Assembly: GCA_964016885.1 (NCBI GenBank)
Contig: OZ024742.1
Location: forward strand, 218,674,001 to 218,738,000
DNA length: 64,000 bases
Reading direction: 5' to 3'
From: Eledone cirrhosa
Lineage: Eukaryota
Both the position numbers and the translations under genes were made by a program. Below the pieces are notes generated by a model. The model made no database searches and had not been told where the DNA came from. It saw only the letters and a program-made list of their open reading frames with translations. Shown here piece after piece: positions 23,104 through 35,910 of the stretch. Position 1 is the first letter of the stretch; every line of letters begins with the position of its first letter.

Positions 23104-25920
23104 TTAGTAAGGTTCTAGCTGCGGATAGGAATAGGAAGGAAAGGGAGCTAATAGATAGAGTAGAAGAGGCAATTAGAAGCGGCGACGTGGCCAGAGTGCT
23201 AGCGTCGAGAACGGCTTTGAGCCAGTTTTTCGACGCGAAGCACGAAGGTTGCGTTGTCCGAAGTAAAATACGTGCTCTAGGGAACGAGGGGACCAAAGCT
23301 GTTAGCTGGGCCCGCGTGACAGAGGCCAACAGTGGAACTAAATCCACCATCCGGTCTTTGCGAGACCTGGATGGACGGGCGATTCTTGAGCCTAAGCAGA
23401 TGTGTGAGGCCTTTCAAAGGCACTTTGCCCGACTGTTCGGGAGGGGCGGGGAGCCGGTTGGGAACGTGGACTTCGGTCCATACCTCGACGGCCTGCCGCG
23501 CCTCTCGGACAGGGAGGCGAAGTCCTGCGAGGAGCCGATTTCGGCCGCTGAGATAGAGGACGTGCTGAGCCAATGCGGCAAACGCAAATCCCCGGGTCTC
23601 GATGGTCTTCCTTACGAATTATATCTAGCTATGCCGGACTTGTTCCCCGATCTCCTCGAGGCGGTCTACTGCAACTGGCAACAGAACGGGAGAATTCCCT
23701 GTACTGTGACCAAGGGCGTAGTCACGCTAGTGAGGAAGGACGAGAACAAGGGGGACGAAATAAGTAACTTCAGGCCCATAACTCTGCTAAATACAGAGTT
23801 ACAGATTTTGGCCAAGGTGCTAGCAAAGAGGTTGGCGCTTGTCGTGGGCAACCTGGTGGGAGATGCGCAGACATGCGCTATCCCGTCCAGGTCCATCCAT
23901 GACAACCTCCACCTCATGCGATACATCATAGAGAGGGTTGGGAACGAACCCGGCTTTGGTGGGGCTCTGATCAACTTGGATCAATCTAAGGCGTTCGATA
24001 GGGTCGACCATGGTTACCTGGATGCGGTGCTAGCGGCGGCAGGCTTCGGACCCGTTTTCAGGGGCTGGATCACTGCTATGCACAGCAGCCGCATCTGCTC
24101 TAGGGTCAAGGTGAACGGCTACCTCTCGGAGCCGTTCAAAATCGCGCGGTCCATCCGACAAGGGTGCCCTCTCTCCTCCCTTCTGTATGTGTTGACTCTC
24201 GAGCCACTACTGCGGAAGTTGGAGTTGTTGCAGGGCATCCCTTTGGAACCGGGATTGCGGAAAGCGGTGTCGGCCTACGCCGATGACGTGACAGTAATGG
24301 TCTCGACGGCCTCCGAAATCGAGGCGGTCGGCACCTTACTGGAGGAGTACGAAAAGTTCACAGGGGCTAAGCTGAACCGGGACAAGTCGATCGGTTTGCA
24401 ACTCGGCACGTGGAGGGGCAGACCGATGCCCTCCGATAGCGTCGTCGGACGCTGGACGGAGGGCCCGGTGAAGTTGCTCGGGGTCTGGTTCGGACCGGAC
24501 CTCCAGGTGGAGAAAAACTGGGCGGAGGTTACGAACAGGGTGTTTGCACTGACCCAGAAGTGGGCCAGTTGCAAACTATCCCTGAAAGGTCGGGCGGAGG
24601 TGGCGAACACCTACATAGCGTCCGTCATCTACTACCGCCTGACCGTAGTACCCTGCCCAAGGGAAACCCTCACCAAGATGGAGCGCGCGCTCTTCCAATT
24701 CCTTTGGAAGAGGCGGGCTCCTATGGTGAGGAGATCCATCTGCTGTCAACACCCTTCGAAAGGAGGGTTGGGGATGCCGTGGCTAATGATGCGTAAACAC
24801 GCATTAAGGCTACGGCACCTCTACGTATTCCTCACCGGACAACCGGTGTGGGCCTCGTTTGTGAGACGAACCTTTCCCAGACTCGTCTCACTCACCGAGC
24901 TGCAATCCTGGGTCAAGCAGAGACCGAGAAAACTGGGCGCCTGGCACACTGAGTGTGCCCAGGCGCTCACCGCCCTCTGGCAGGCGGATCCGGTTATCAG
25001 TGGAGACTCCACCGCAACATTCTATAGAGGGCTGGTACGCAGCAGGTGCGACGACGCCCTCGGAGAAGCCCTAGACATGGAGGAGGACGAACTGGCCAGC
25101 CTGTTCGGTAGGACATTCAGCCCGGGACCTATGGACAACTTCCAGAAGTCCCTGGCCTGGCAGTGCTACCGAGGAGCTTTACCCGTTCGAGAAAGGCTCT
25201 ACAGACACGGGCGCCCGGGTAGGGACCCCGCCAAAAAGATCTGTCCCAGATGCGTGAGCGACGAGGAAACCGTTGCACACGCATTAGTACACTGCTCGGG
25301 CGTAGCCGATCTGTGGGGCTATGTCGAACAACTGCTGTCAAGGGTGGGACCGATCCGGTTGACCACCGAGTCTATTGTAATGATCAAGCCGCCTCCCCCC
25401 TTCAAAGATGAAGCAGAGGCGGTGTTTCTGTGCGTAATAGCCATGGCGAAAGAGGTTGTATGGTGGACGCGTCTGAAAGGACTGAGGTCGGGCACCTTTC
25501 TCTCTGGCCAACAACTGGTCCGTTTCTTCCGATATCATTTCGGAAGAAGGATCAGGATGGAGAGAGAGGTGCTGCACCCCAGCCGTTTCTATGAAAGATG
25601 GGTGAAAGTGGCGAGAATGGCCCGTGTGAATGGGCCTTCACTCTACATCAGACTATAGGTGAGGAAGATGAAAGACCAAGGGAGCACCCCTTCTCTGTGC
25701 TCCTGAGGAGAAGGGTTGCACACTTTTTTCGGGGGTGTGTGCGACCCCCCAAGGCGCCTCCTCTCTATTGAGGATTTTGTTAAAAATTTTATTTTTTGTT
25801 ATATCTTATTTTATTTTTATATTTTGTTATTGCCTCCTCCTTATTGAGGACGCCTTTTTGTGTAAACTCCCCCCTTTGTACTTGTCCCACTTTTGATGCC
25901 CTAGTGGCAAATAAAAGAAA
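23104..25920 (+). mobile_element. Tx1-like (L1 clade) retrotransposon copy 1: 5'-truncated, open RT plus C-terminal zinc finger
   Basis: Uninterrupted frame to 25658 with SPGLDG, NFRPITLLN, DQSKAFDRV, RQGCPLS, YADD and CPRC..ETVAHALVHC; 3' UTR ending AATAAAAGAAA; (TATC)n on both sides. Confidence 0.95.
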
Positions 25921-25922
25921 TA

Positions 25923-25964
<42 letters not shown>

Positions 25965-27000
25965 CTGGGCACCGTTTGTGAGACAGGCTTCCCCACAGAT
26001 CGTCTCGCTGACGGAGCTGCAGTCCTGGGCGAAGAAAAGACCGAAAACGATGGGCGCCTGGCACATTGAATGCGCTCAGGCGCTCACAGTCCTCTGGCAA
26101 GCGGGCGCAGCAATCAGTGGAGACTCCACTTCGACATTCTATAGAGGGATTGTACGTTACAAGGGCGACGACGTGCTCGGAGAGACTCTGGGCGTCGAAG
26201 ACGATGAGCTCACCAGTCTGTTTGGTAGGACTTTCCGCCCGGGACCTATGGACAACTTCCAGAGGTCCCTGGCCTGGCAGTGCTACCGAGGAGCTCTACC
26301 GGTTAGTGACAAGATCTACGGGCACGGACGTGCCGGCAGGGATCCTTCCAAGAGGACGTGTCCAAGATGCGCGCAGGACATTGAAACAGTCCTGCACGCA
26401 ATTGTATACTGCCCGGGCGTAACCGACCTGTGGAACTATGCAGAACAACTGCTGTCGCGTATTGGACAAATCCAGTTGACTGCCGAGTCCATAGTAAGGA
26501 TCAAACCGCCAGCCTCTTTCAAAAACGAAAGAGAGGCGGTTTTCCTCTGTACGGTGGCTATGGTGAAAGAAGTTATATGGTGGACGAGGTTGAGAGGACT
26601 GAGAACAGATGCCTTTCTCTCCGGACAACAATTGATTCCCTTCTTTAAGTATCACTTTAGAAGGAGAATGACAGCGGAGAGAGAGGCACTGCAATCCAGT
26701 AAATTTACTGAAAGGTGGGTGAATGAAGCGAAAATGGCCCGAGTGATTGGGCCTTCTCTGTTTATAAGCCTGTAGGTTGAGGAAGAGAGCAAAAGGAAGA
26801 AAGGAGCACTTGCACAACACGCTCCTGGAGTTGAGAGTTGTTCTATCGACGGGGTATTAAACAACACATTTGTGGCGCCTCCCCCCTATTGGGGATTTCG
26901 ATTGTTTGTTTTTATATTTTTTACACGACTGTATGTAAAATCCCCGGCATGTCTTTGTATTGTCCCCTTTTCTTGTGCGCCCTTGTGGCTAATAAAGAAA
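25965..27000 (+). mobile_element. Tx1-like copy 2 (diverged subfamily, 5'-truncated)
   Basis: ORF 25978..26775 is paralogous to the C-terminus of copy 1; ends AATAAAGAAA followed by (TATC)n. Confidence 0.93.
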
Positions 27001-27010
27001 TATATATATC

Positions 27011-27041
<31 letters not shown>

Positions 27042-27042
27042 C

Positions 27043-27461
27043 CTCTGGCCAACAACTGGTCCGTTTCTTCCGATATCATTTCGGAAGAAGGATCAGGATG
27101 GAGAGAGAGGTGCTGCACCCCAGCCGTTTCTATGAAAGATGGGTGAAAGTGGCGAGAATGGCCCGTGTGAATGGGCCTTCACTCTACATCAGACTATAGG
27201 TGAGGAAGATGAAAGACCAAGGGAGCACCCCTTCTCTGTGCTCCTGAGGAGAAGGGTTGCACACTTTTTTCGGGGGTGTGTGCGACCCCCCAAGGCGCCT
27301 CCTCTCTATTGAGGATTTTGTTAAAAATTTTATTTTTTGTTATATCTTATTTTATTTTTATATTTTGTTATTGCCTCCTCCTTATTGAGGACGCCTTTTT
27401 GTGTAAACTCCCCCCTTTGTACTTGTCCCACTTTTGATGCCCTAGTGGCAAATAAAAGAAA
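27043..27461 (+). mobile_element. Tx1-like copy 3 (short 3' piece)
   Basis: Reads identical by eye to 25502-25920; flanked by (TATC)n. Confidence 0.93.
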
Positions 27462-27491
27462 TATATCTATTTATCTATCTATCTATCTATC

Positions 27492-30400
27492 CTTTTTCTC
27501 TATCTATCTCTGAAATAGAGGAAGTTGTGTGCCAGTCACGCTGGTAAGTTTTTGTCTTTTATTTATAAAAAACAAAAATGATTGTTTTAAAAAAAATATA
27601 CCAGTATATAGATTGACCCTCTGACTAAATTGTCAGTGGGTGGGTCATATAAAAATTTATAACAACTTGTTTTAACAATGAATGTTAACATTAAAGCGCT
27701 TCCCGCCAAAAATGGAAATGGGAGCATTGAAATGAATGTCACTATGGCAACAGGTAGTGACCGAGATAAATCATACCAAAACAAAAGTATGGAAACACAT
27801 ACGGCACAAAAAAATATTCAACAAGAGAAAAACACAACTTCACAATCACAAATCAAGCAATTGAGAACTACAAAAACAATAACAACGACAACAATGACAA
27901 CAACAACAGCAACAACAGTAATGACAACAACACCAACAAGAACAACTCCACAAACAAGTAAAAAAAAGGTTTCATTGCACAAACTGTCCAAAAAACAACT
28001 ATATACACAGATTGACATCTCTAATGCCGGAGAATTGCTAAGAGATGCCAAGCAATATATAACTTTTGGGGAGGTGGCGCTTTTAGCACACTTCTCCCCA
28101 AGAATTGCGTAGAGACACTGTCCTGAAAACTATAGTTTTTAGGACAATCTCAAATACCACCAGAAAACCAGCTCAATTAACTCAAAACGAAATTGAGCTG
28201 GTTCTAAGAAACTCCATGAAGGACATTACTTTCATACAGAAGGGAACACTCTTCGGGAGTTTATCAATAATAATGAAAGACCACTTGACGGCACAGAAAT
28301 ATTCTGTGTCGCCAATTGTGTCCCCCCTCTACACATTTTTCCCCACATATATGGGAAAAAGGACCCCAAAAATAAAAGTAACAAATATCACACCAAATGT
28401 AAGCATCTGGTGGATATTAGCTGGTTTCATCAATTTTGATGAAGATACAGTAATTTCGGTAGGAAAGTCCTCCAGGGGCATATTCAACGGTACAAGCTTA
28501 GAAGTTCTGGTCCAAATGAGACCAGAACGGGTAGCTAGAATACCACAACGTGTGCCTCTGGATGGAAATTCCTACATTAAACATTTCTGTTGAGGGTAGG
28601 CGGCCTTCATCATACCAGTGTTTAAGCTGTGGTCACCTGAGGGCTTCCTCTCCTCAATTAACTGCATAAAAAAAGGCACTACTGCCGACACCCAACACAA
28701 CAACACAACCACCACCACCACAACAACAACAACAAGACACAAAAATAACAAAAACAAACCAAACTGCAAACACAGTCCCACCCAACCCCTCTCCACCTAA
28801 ACAACTCCAAAAACACCCACAAGCACAACAGCTCCCCAAAACATACCCCTCCCCAATCAAACAGACACCACAACGAACGAAGCCCCTTCGTCATCACTTA
28901 GTGATGATGAGGGAGAACCCCTCCGCTCCAAAAAAAAGAAAAAAAGACATAACACGAACAAAAAGGCAACAAACACACAACCACCAACACAAACAACACA
29001 AACATTACAAACAAAAATCCCCCCTCCCGAAAACAAAACAATGACAACACTCCAAACACAAATACCCACAACAAAACGAAAACACACACAAGAACAACAG
29101 ACAAAAACTAACACAACACAACAAAAATATTATATATACATAAACACTGACAATAAAACCTTGATGGAGGTCATCTCCAAAAACCCTTCCGTGGAAACCG
29201 AAGGAAAATATTTTACCAAATGTAAAGGCAAACCTAATTTAAGGATGATTAGGGTCCCTACGGACACATATAAGTCCTTAAAGGAAAACTTTGCTGAGGA
29301 CGTGGGGAATATGTGTGTTAAACCAACGAACCGCGTCCTCTTGAAACGTTTCCCCACCCCACCCCAGACACCGCCACTCTTCCAGACACCCCCTCCCCAC
29401 CAAACATCTCTGTTCCCACCCCGCCAGGAACCACCACCCTACCAAACAACCACTCCAACACGCCCATGGACATTGTGCAGCCTGGTCCCCAGGAGACAAA
29501 GAGGTGAGTGATTTCTTTTCCTCTTCTTTTAACTTTTCAGCACCAGCATGGCCAATATAAGAGTTGGATGTGTGAATGTACGTGGCCTGGGGTTGCCCTG
29601 GAAACAGGGGAACTCTTAAACGACCTCAGGTCCCACAGTATGGATGTAGTAGCCATTTGCGAGTCCAGGATCCACAGCGAGCGACAGCTGGCCCCCATCT
29701 TCGAGATCTATGCATCTCTCTGTCAGCCGGGAGGTGGGGGCGGGTTTGCCGTTTTGCTGCGGAAACACCTGGACTCGTAACACAGACGATACATCTGGAC
29801 CCGGAGGGTCGACTGGTGATCCTAGACGTTGACGGTAGTGAAGGTGGAGCCTTCAGGCTGGTGGCCGCATATGCTCCATCCGGGACACCGAGGCCAGACT
29901 TCTTCAAACGTCTAGAGACTTTTCTGGGAACGTCCCGCTCCTTGCTTTTAGTGGGGGACTGGAATGGAATCCTAGATGCACGTTGGGCCTATGTGGGAGC
30001 ATGTCCCGATAAAGGGGGGTGTAACAGCCTCAAACAGTTAATCGGCCGATTTGACCTGGCCGATAGATATCGACTAGATTTTCCGACTGTGCAACTGTGG
30101 ATGTGGAATAATCTCAGCGGAACATCTAGATCGTACCTAGATAGGGTTCTAGTTAGAAATAAAGATAGGGACATGTTAAGCAGTCCACAAAAGTTCATGG
30201 TTGCCTATTCAGATCACAAACTAGTGACCTGCATGGTCAACCTTGATAGAACCCATAGACAAGGACCCGGCTACTGGAAGCTGAACTTGTCGTTACCGAT
30301 ATGCAAAGCCTACAGTAGACAGATTAGCACTTTAATTAAACAGCACTTGACAGGGGCCATTGTCAACAACAGATGGTGGTACTCTCTCAAGAGGGCAGTT

Positions 30401-33048
30401 AGATTAGACTCGTTAGTTTTTAGTAAAGAATTAGCGTTAAATAGAAATAGAACCAAGAAGGAACTGATAGATAAAGTAGAAGAGGCAATTAGAAGTGGCA
30501 ACGTAGCCAGCGTGCTAGCAACGAGAACGGCCTTGAACCAGTTCTTCGACGCAAAGCACGAGGGCTGCGTTGTCAGAAGCAAAATACGTGCTCTGGGTAA
30601 CGAGGGAGCCAAAGTTGTTAGCTGGGCCCAGGTGACGGAGGCAAAAAGTGGCAACAAGTCCATGATTCAGTCTTTGAAGGACCAAGACGGACGCATGATA
30701 CGTGAGCCGAAGCAGATGTGCGTGGCCTTTCAGCGGCACTTTTCTCAGCTGTTCGGGCAGGGCCGTGCACCGGGAGAGGCTATGGATTTCGGTCCATACC
30801 TCGACAGCCTATCGCGACTCTAGGACAGCGAGGCGAAGTTTTGCGAAAAGCCGATTTCAGCCGTTGAGATAGGGGACGTGCTGAGCCAATGCAGCAAACG
30901 CAAATCTCCAGGTCTCGACGGTCCACCCTACGAATTTTACGTAGCAATGCCGGACTTATTCTCCGGTCTCCTGGAAGCGGTCTACTGCAACAGGCAGCAG
31001 AACGGGAGAATTCCCAGTTCTGTGACCAGGGGCGTAGTCACACTAGTCAGGAAAGACGAGAATAAGTGGGATGACATAGGCAACGTCCGGCCCATAACTC
31101 TGCTAAACACAGAGTTACAGATTTTGGCCAAGGTGTTGGCAAAGAGGCTGGCGCTTGTCGTCGAAAACCTGGTGGGAGAAGCGCAGACATGCGCAATCCC
31201 GACCAGGTCCATACACGACAACCTCCACCTCTTGTGATACATCATAGAGAGGGTAGGGTGTAAACCCGGCTTCGATGGGGCCCTGATCAACTTGGATCAG
31301 TCTAAGGCTTTCAATAGGGTTGACCATTGTTACCTGGATGTGGTGTTTGAGGCGGCAGGCTTCAGACTTGTGTTCAGGAGCTGGATTGCTGCAATGCACA
31401 ACAGCAACATCTGCTCAAGGGTCAAGGTGAACGGCTACCTCTCAGAGCCATTCCATATCACGCGATCCATTCAACAGGGATGCCCTCTCTCCTCCCTTCT
31501 GTATGTACTAACTCTCGAGCCACTACTGCGGAAGTTGGAGCTATTGCAGGGCATCCATCTGGAACCGGGACTGTGGAAAGCGGCGTCGGCCTACGCCAAC
31601 GACGTAGCAGTAATGGTGTTAAGCACCTTGCAAATCGAGGAAGTTGGCACTTTACTGAAGGAATACGAAAGGTTCACAGGAGTGAAGCTGAACCGGGACA
31701 AGTCCATCGGTTTGCAACTCGGATCGTGGAGAGGCAAACCGATGCCTTCTGATGGCATCGTCAGGCGCTGGACAGAAGGACCGGTAAAGCTGCTCGAGGT
31801 CTGGTGTGGTCCGGACCTCCAGGTGGAGAAGAACTGGAACGAGGTGACGGCCAAGGTGTTTGCACTCACCCAGAAGTGGGCCGAGTGCAAACTATCCTTT
31901 GGAAGAAGCAGGCTCCTTTGGTGAGAAGATCCATCTGCTGCTAACACCCTTCAAATGGAGAGCTGGGGATGTCGTGGCTGACGATGCACAAACACGCGCT
32001 CAGGCTGCGGCACCTCCATGTATTCCTCACTGGACAACTGGTGTGGGGCCCCGTTCATGAGGCAAGCATTCCCACGACTCGTCTCGCTGACTGAGCTGCA
32101 GTCCTGGGTCAAGCAAAGACCGAGGAAAATGGGCGACTGGCACATCGAATGTGCTCAGGCGCTCACAGCCCTCTGGCAGGCGGACCCGGCGATCAGTGGA
32201 GACTCTACTTCGTCATTCTAGAGAGGATTGGTCTGCAGCAAGTGCGACGACGCGCTCGGAGAAACTCTAGGCGTAGAGGAAGACGAACTGGCCAGTCTGT
32301 TCAGTAGAACCTTCCGCCCGGGACCGATGGACAACCTCCAAAAGTCCCTGGCCTGGAAGTGCTACCGAGGAGCTCTACCAGTTCGAGACAAGCTCTACAG
32401 ACACAGGTGCCCGGGCAGGGACCCTTCGAAAAAGAACTGTCCGAGATGCGTGCGCAACGAGGAAACCGTCGCGCACACATTTGTACACTGCCCGGGTGTT
32501 ACCGACCTGTGGGGCTATGTAGAACGACTATCGTCTCGGGTGGGACCAATCTGGTTGACCACCGAGTCCATTGTCATAATCAAACCGCCACCCTCCTTCA
32601 AAAATGAAGGAGAGGCAGTTTTCCTTTGTGTGATAGCTATGGTGGACGAGGTTAAAAGGGCCAACAACTGATTCTTTTTTTCAAATAGCACTTTGGAAGA
32701 AGAATCAGGATGGAGAGAGAGGTGCTGTACCCCAGCAAGTTTTAGGAAAGGTGGGTGAAAGTGGCTCGACTGGCCCTAGTGAATGGGCCATCTCTCTATA
32801 TCAGCCTGTAGGTTGAGGAAAAGGAGGAAGAGAGGAAAGAGGTACAAACTCTTTGTATTCCTGGAGATGAGGGTTGCACATTTTTTTCGGGGGTATGTGT
32901 TACCCATATAAACTGTCTCCCCCTATTGCGGAAAATTGATTAACTTTTAAATTACATTTGTGATAATATTTTACATGTTTTTATTGTATGTAAACTTCCC
33001 CCTTTGTATTTGTCCCCTTCTTTTGTGCCCCTGTGGCTAATAAAGAAA
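27492..33048 (+). mobile_element. Tx1-like copy 4: near full-length but decayed (ORF1 about 27678-29510; ORF2 29548 to about 32810)
   Basis: ORF1 has a degenerate knuckle VEGRRPSSYQCLSCGHLRASSP; ORF2 starts MANIRVGCVNVRGL with APE (VGDWN, SYLDR, SDHK, GPGYWKLN), RT and zinc finger; several stops and frameshifts; (TATC)n at both ends. Confidence 0.92.
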
Positions 33049-33069
33049 CATATCTATCTATCTCCCCAA

Positions 33070-33466
33070 CAGGGGGCTCAAACATGCGGCCCACAAACTA
33101 CTTTTCTTTGGCCCATGGTAGCACCAATATTTCAGATTCCATTATAACTGGTGAAAATAAGGCGGTGAGCTGGTGGAATTGTTATCACATCTGGCAAAAT
33201 GCTTAGCGGTACTTCTTCCATATTTACGTTCAAATTCTGCTGATCTCAACTTTGCCTTTCATTATTTTGGGGTCAAGGAATTAAGTACCAGTTGTGAACT
33301 GGGATCGATGCAATCGACGGGACCCTAAACCCCAAATTTCATGCCTTGTGCCTATAGTAGAAATTATTATAACTGGTGAAAATCATCACCCACCACCACG
33401 TTTGGCCCACTGTGCCTCTCCTCCAGGTTGTAATGGCCCTTTTATGTCCTTGAGTTTGAGACCCCT
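33070..33466. mobile_element. hAT-type MITE interrupted by a SINE
   Basis: Ends CAGGGGGCTCAAAC ... GTTTGAGACCCCT. Confidence 0.65.
33159..33365 (+). mobile_element. SINE family A with 18-bp TSD
   Basis: TSD ATTATAACTGGTGAAAAT at 33141-33158 and 33366-33383. Confidence 0.85.
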
Positions 33467-33629
33467 CTTCTACACACACACACATACACATACATATACA
33501 CTTTACTTTTTTTCTGTCTCTGGACTACGCCCATGCTGGAGCATCACCTTGGTAAGTTATGGGGAAGTCAACAAACCAACAAGCATTGGTAGGAGGGCAA
33601 ACACAAATGTAAACACACACACAGACATA

Positions 33630-34140
33630 TCTATATATGTAAAGTTGTATTCCTGTCTGTTTGTTTGTTTGTTTGATAAGTATATATCATTTTAATCAAA
33701 GTGTTCCTCAGCATCACAAACCACAGCTTAAAACCACGCTGTAAATCTTTTCCCTTCGACTTATATGAAATTTAAACTATAGGTAAATGACAAGATATGA
33801 TGCCTATTCACAAAAGTTTTGAATTGATATTTTGAAAAAAATTATTTACACAAAACAAAATAAGAATAAGATTTAATAATGTAATTTTGATTTGATATAT
33901 TACAAAAAATAATTGTTTCTATTTTAGGCACAAAGCCAGCAATTACCCAGTACATTACTGGTACTTTATTTATATTACAAAAAATAATGTTTTCCAGTTT
34001 TTCATGCATTACATTTTACACTGAGTAATATTGAAATGCAGAGTTTTTTTCCATAAATTATATCACTTATTTAAAATCAATCATCATTTTCTTACAAAAA
34101 AAATGTGTGAAACGCAGCAAGGCTTGGGTAATTCGGCTAC
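33630..34140 (+). mobile_element. Helitron-like non-autonomous element
   Basis: Starts TCTATATATGTAAAG..GTCTGTTTGTTTG; ends in a degenerate hairpin GCAGCAAGGCTTGGGTAATTCGGCTAC. Confidence 0.45.
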
Positions 34141-34292
34141 ACTATATAATATATACTATGCCAGGAGTTGTGACTAATAGATAGTATCAGCAATGGATAC
34201 ATTGTTTCTTTGGTCTCATTTGACGAGTTCTACTCTACTCAGTAAGTGAACAAGGTCTGGGATCTTGTTGATCAATCGAATCAATTGATACA

Positions 34293-34842
34293 ATATATAT
34301 TATATAATATATACTATATAATATATACTATATATACTGTATAATATATACTATATAATATATACTATATATACTATATAATATATACTACATAATATAT
34401 ACTATATAATATATACTACATAATATATACTATATAATATATAGTATATAATATATAGTATATAATATATAGTATATAATATATACTATATAATATATAG
34501 TATATATACTATATAATATATACTATATAATATATACTATATAATATATACTATATATACTATATAATATATACTATATATACTATATAATATATACTAC
34601 ATAATATATACTATATAATATATACTATATATATATTATATAATATATACTATATAATATATACTACATAATATATACTATATATACTACATAATATATA
34701 CTATATAATATATACTATATATACTATATAATATATACTATATAATATATACTACATAATATATACTATATTATATATACTATATATACTATATAATATA
34801 TACTATATAATATATACTATATAATATATACTATATAATATA
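34293..34842. repeat. AT-rich minisatellite (ATATACTATATAAT-like, about 14 bp)
   Basis: Tandem tatactatataata units with variants. Confidence 0.92.
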
Positions 34843-35502
34843 AAAGAGAGATATTTATTGGTTGGTTGGTTGAATCACATGAAAACTACACACACACACA
34901 CACACTCACACATAAATACACACACATCTAAAGAGAGAGAGAGAGAGACAGAGAGGGGCAGAAAGAGAGAGATAGACCGTTACACAGAGATGTAATTAAA
35001 ATGTTAAATATTCAGAGAGAGTAACGTCCCACGAAAGTCTAGAAACGGCTTAAACTATAGATCCTTTGATCTATAGGAAGGTTTAACAATATTGCGTTAG
35101 CTTTTATAAAGTCGTTTTACAGTCTTTTATTTTACAGAGCAAACAAAAATTGATACTATTTGAAATTAATCTACCCTTCAGCTTTTATCCATATACTACT
35201 TACAGACCGTACTAACGAAGCAACACTTCAGAAGCAATGTTATGCAGTATGACTGTATTGCTGTTTCAGATGACGTCCTTTGGAGCTGAAAAAGATCATA
35301 CTGACTATGGTTATTTCACAACATTTAAAATTTCCAAGCCTAATAAGGAAGTTTTATTATTGTTTTTTTTTCTCTCTCTCACACACACACACACACATTA
35401 TGGTCTCACCTCATACCAGACAACACATCCAATACAGTCATTTTCACTTTTATCCTTCTTCTTTTAACTATTCACCCGGGCGAAGCCGGGTACCTCGGCT
35501 AA
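34831..35502 (+). mobile_element. Helitron-like non-autonomous element
   Basis: 5' CTATATAATATAAAAGAGAG; 3' hairpin CCCGGGCGAAGCCGGG followed by CTAA|T. Confidence 0.55.
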
Positions 35503-35910
35503 TACATATATACGATGCGCTTCTTTTAGTTTCGGCCTATCAAATCCACTCACAGGGCTTTGGTCGGCCTGGGCAGTGGGACTGAACCCGGAAACATGTG
35601 GTTGGGAAGCAAGCTTCTTGTCACACTGCACACATATATATATATATATATATGGTATTAAATTAAGAATGAAAATAAAAACAACAAAGTCAAGTTACTT
35701 TATATCTTTTATTTTCATTGTTAATTTAATACCTAATATCTGACTCTGTATCTAAAGAATTAACTCAGCGAAACACAGAACTTCACTATGGATTTTACTG
35801 GATTACATTGAGTTCTATCTACAGTATGGACCCTACTACCAGAGGTAGACCACACTGAAAAAGGAAAAATAAAAATATATATATATGTGAGTGTTTATGT
35901 ATTATATATA

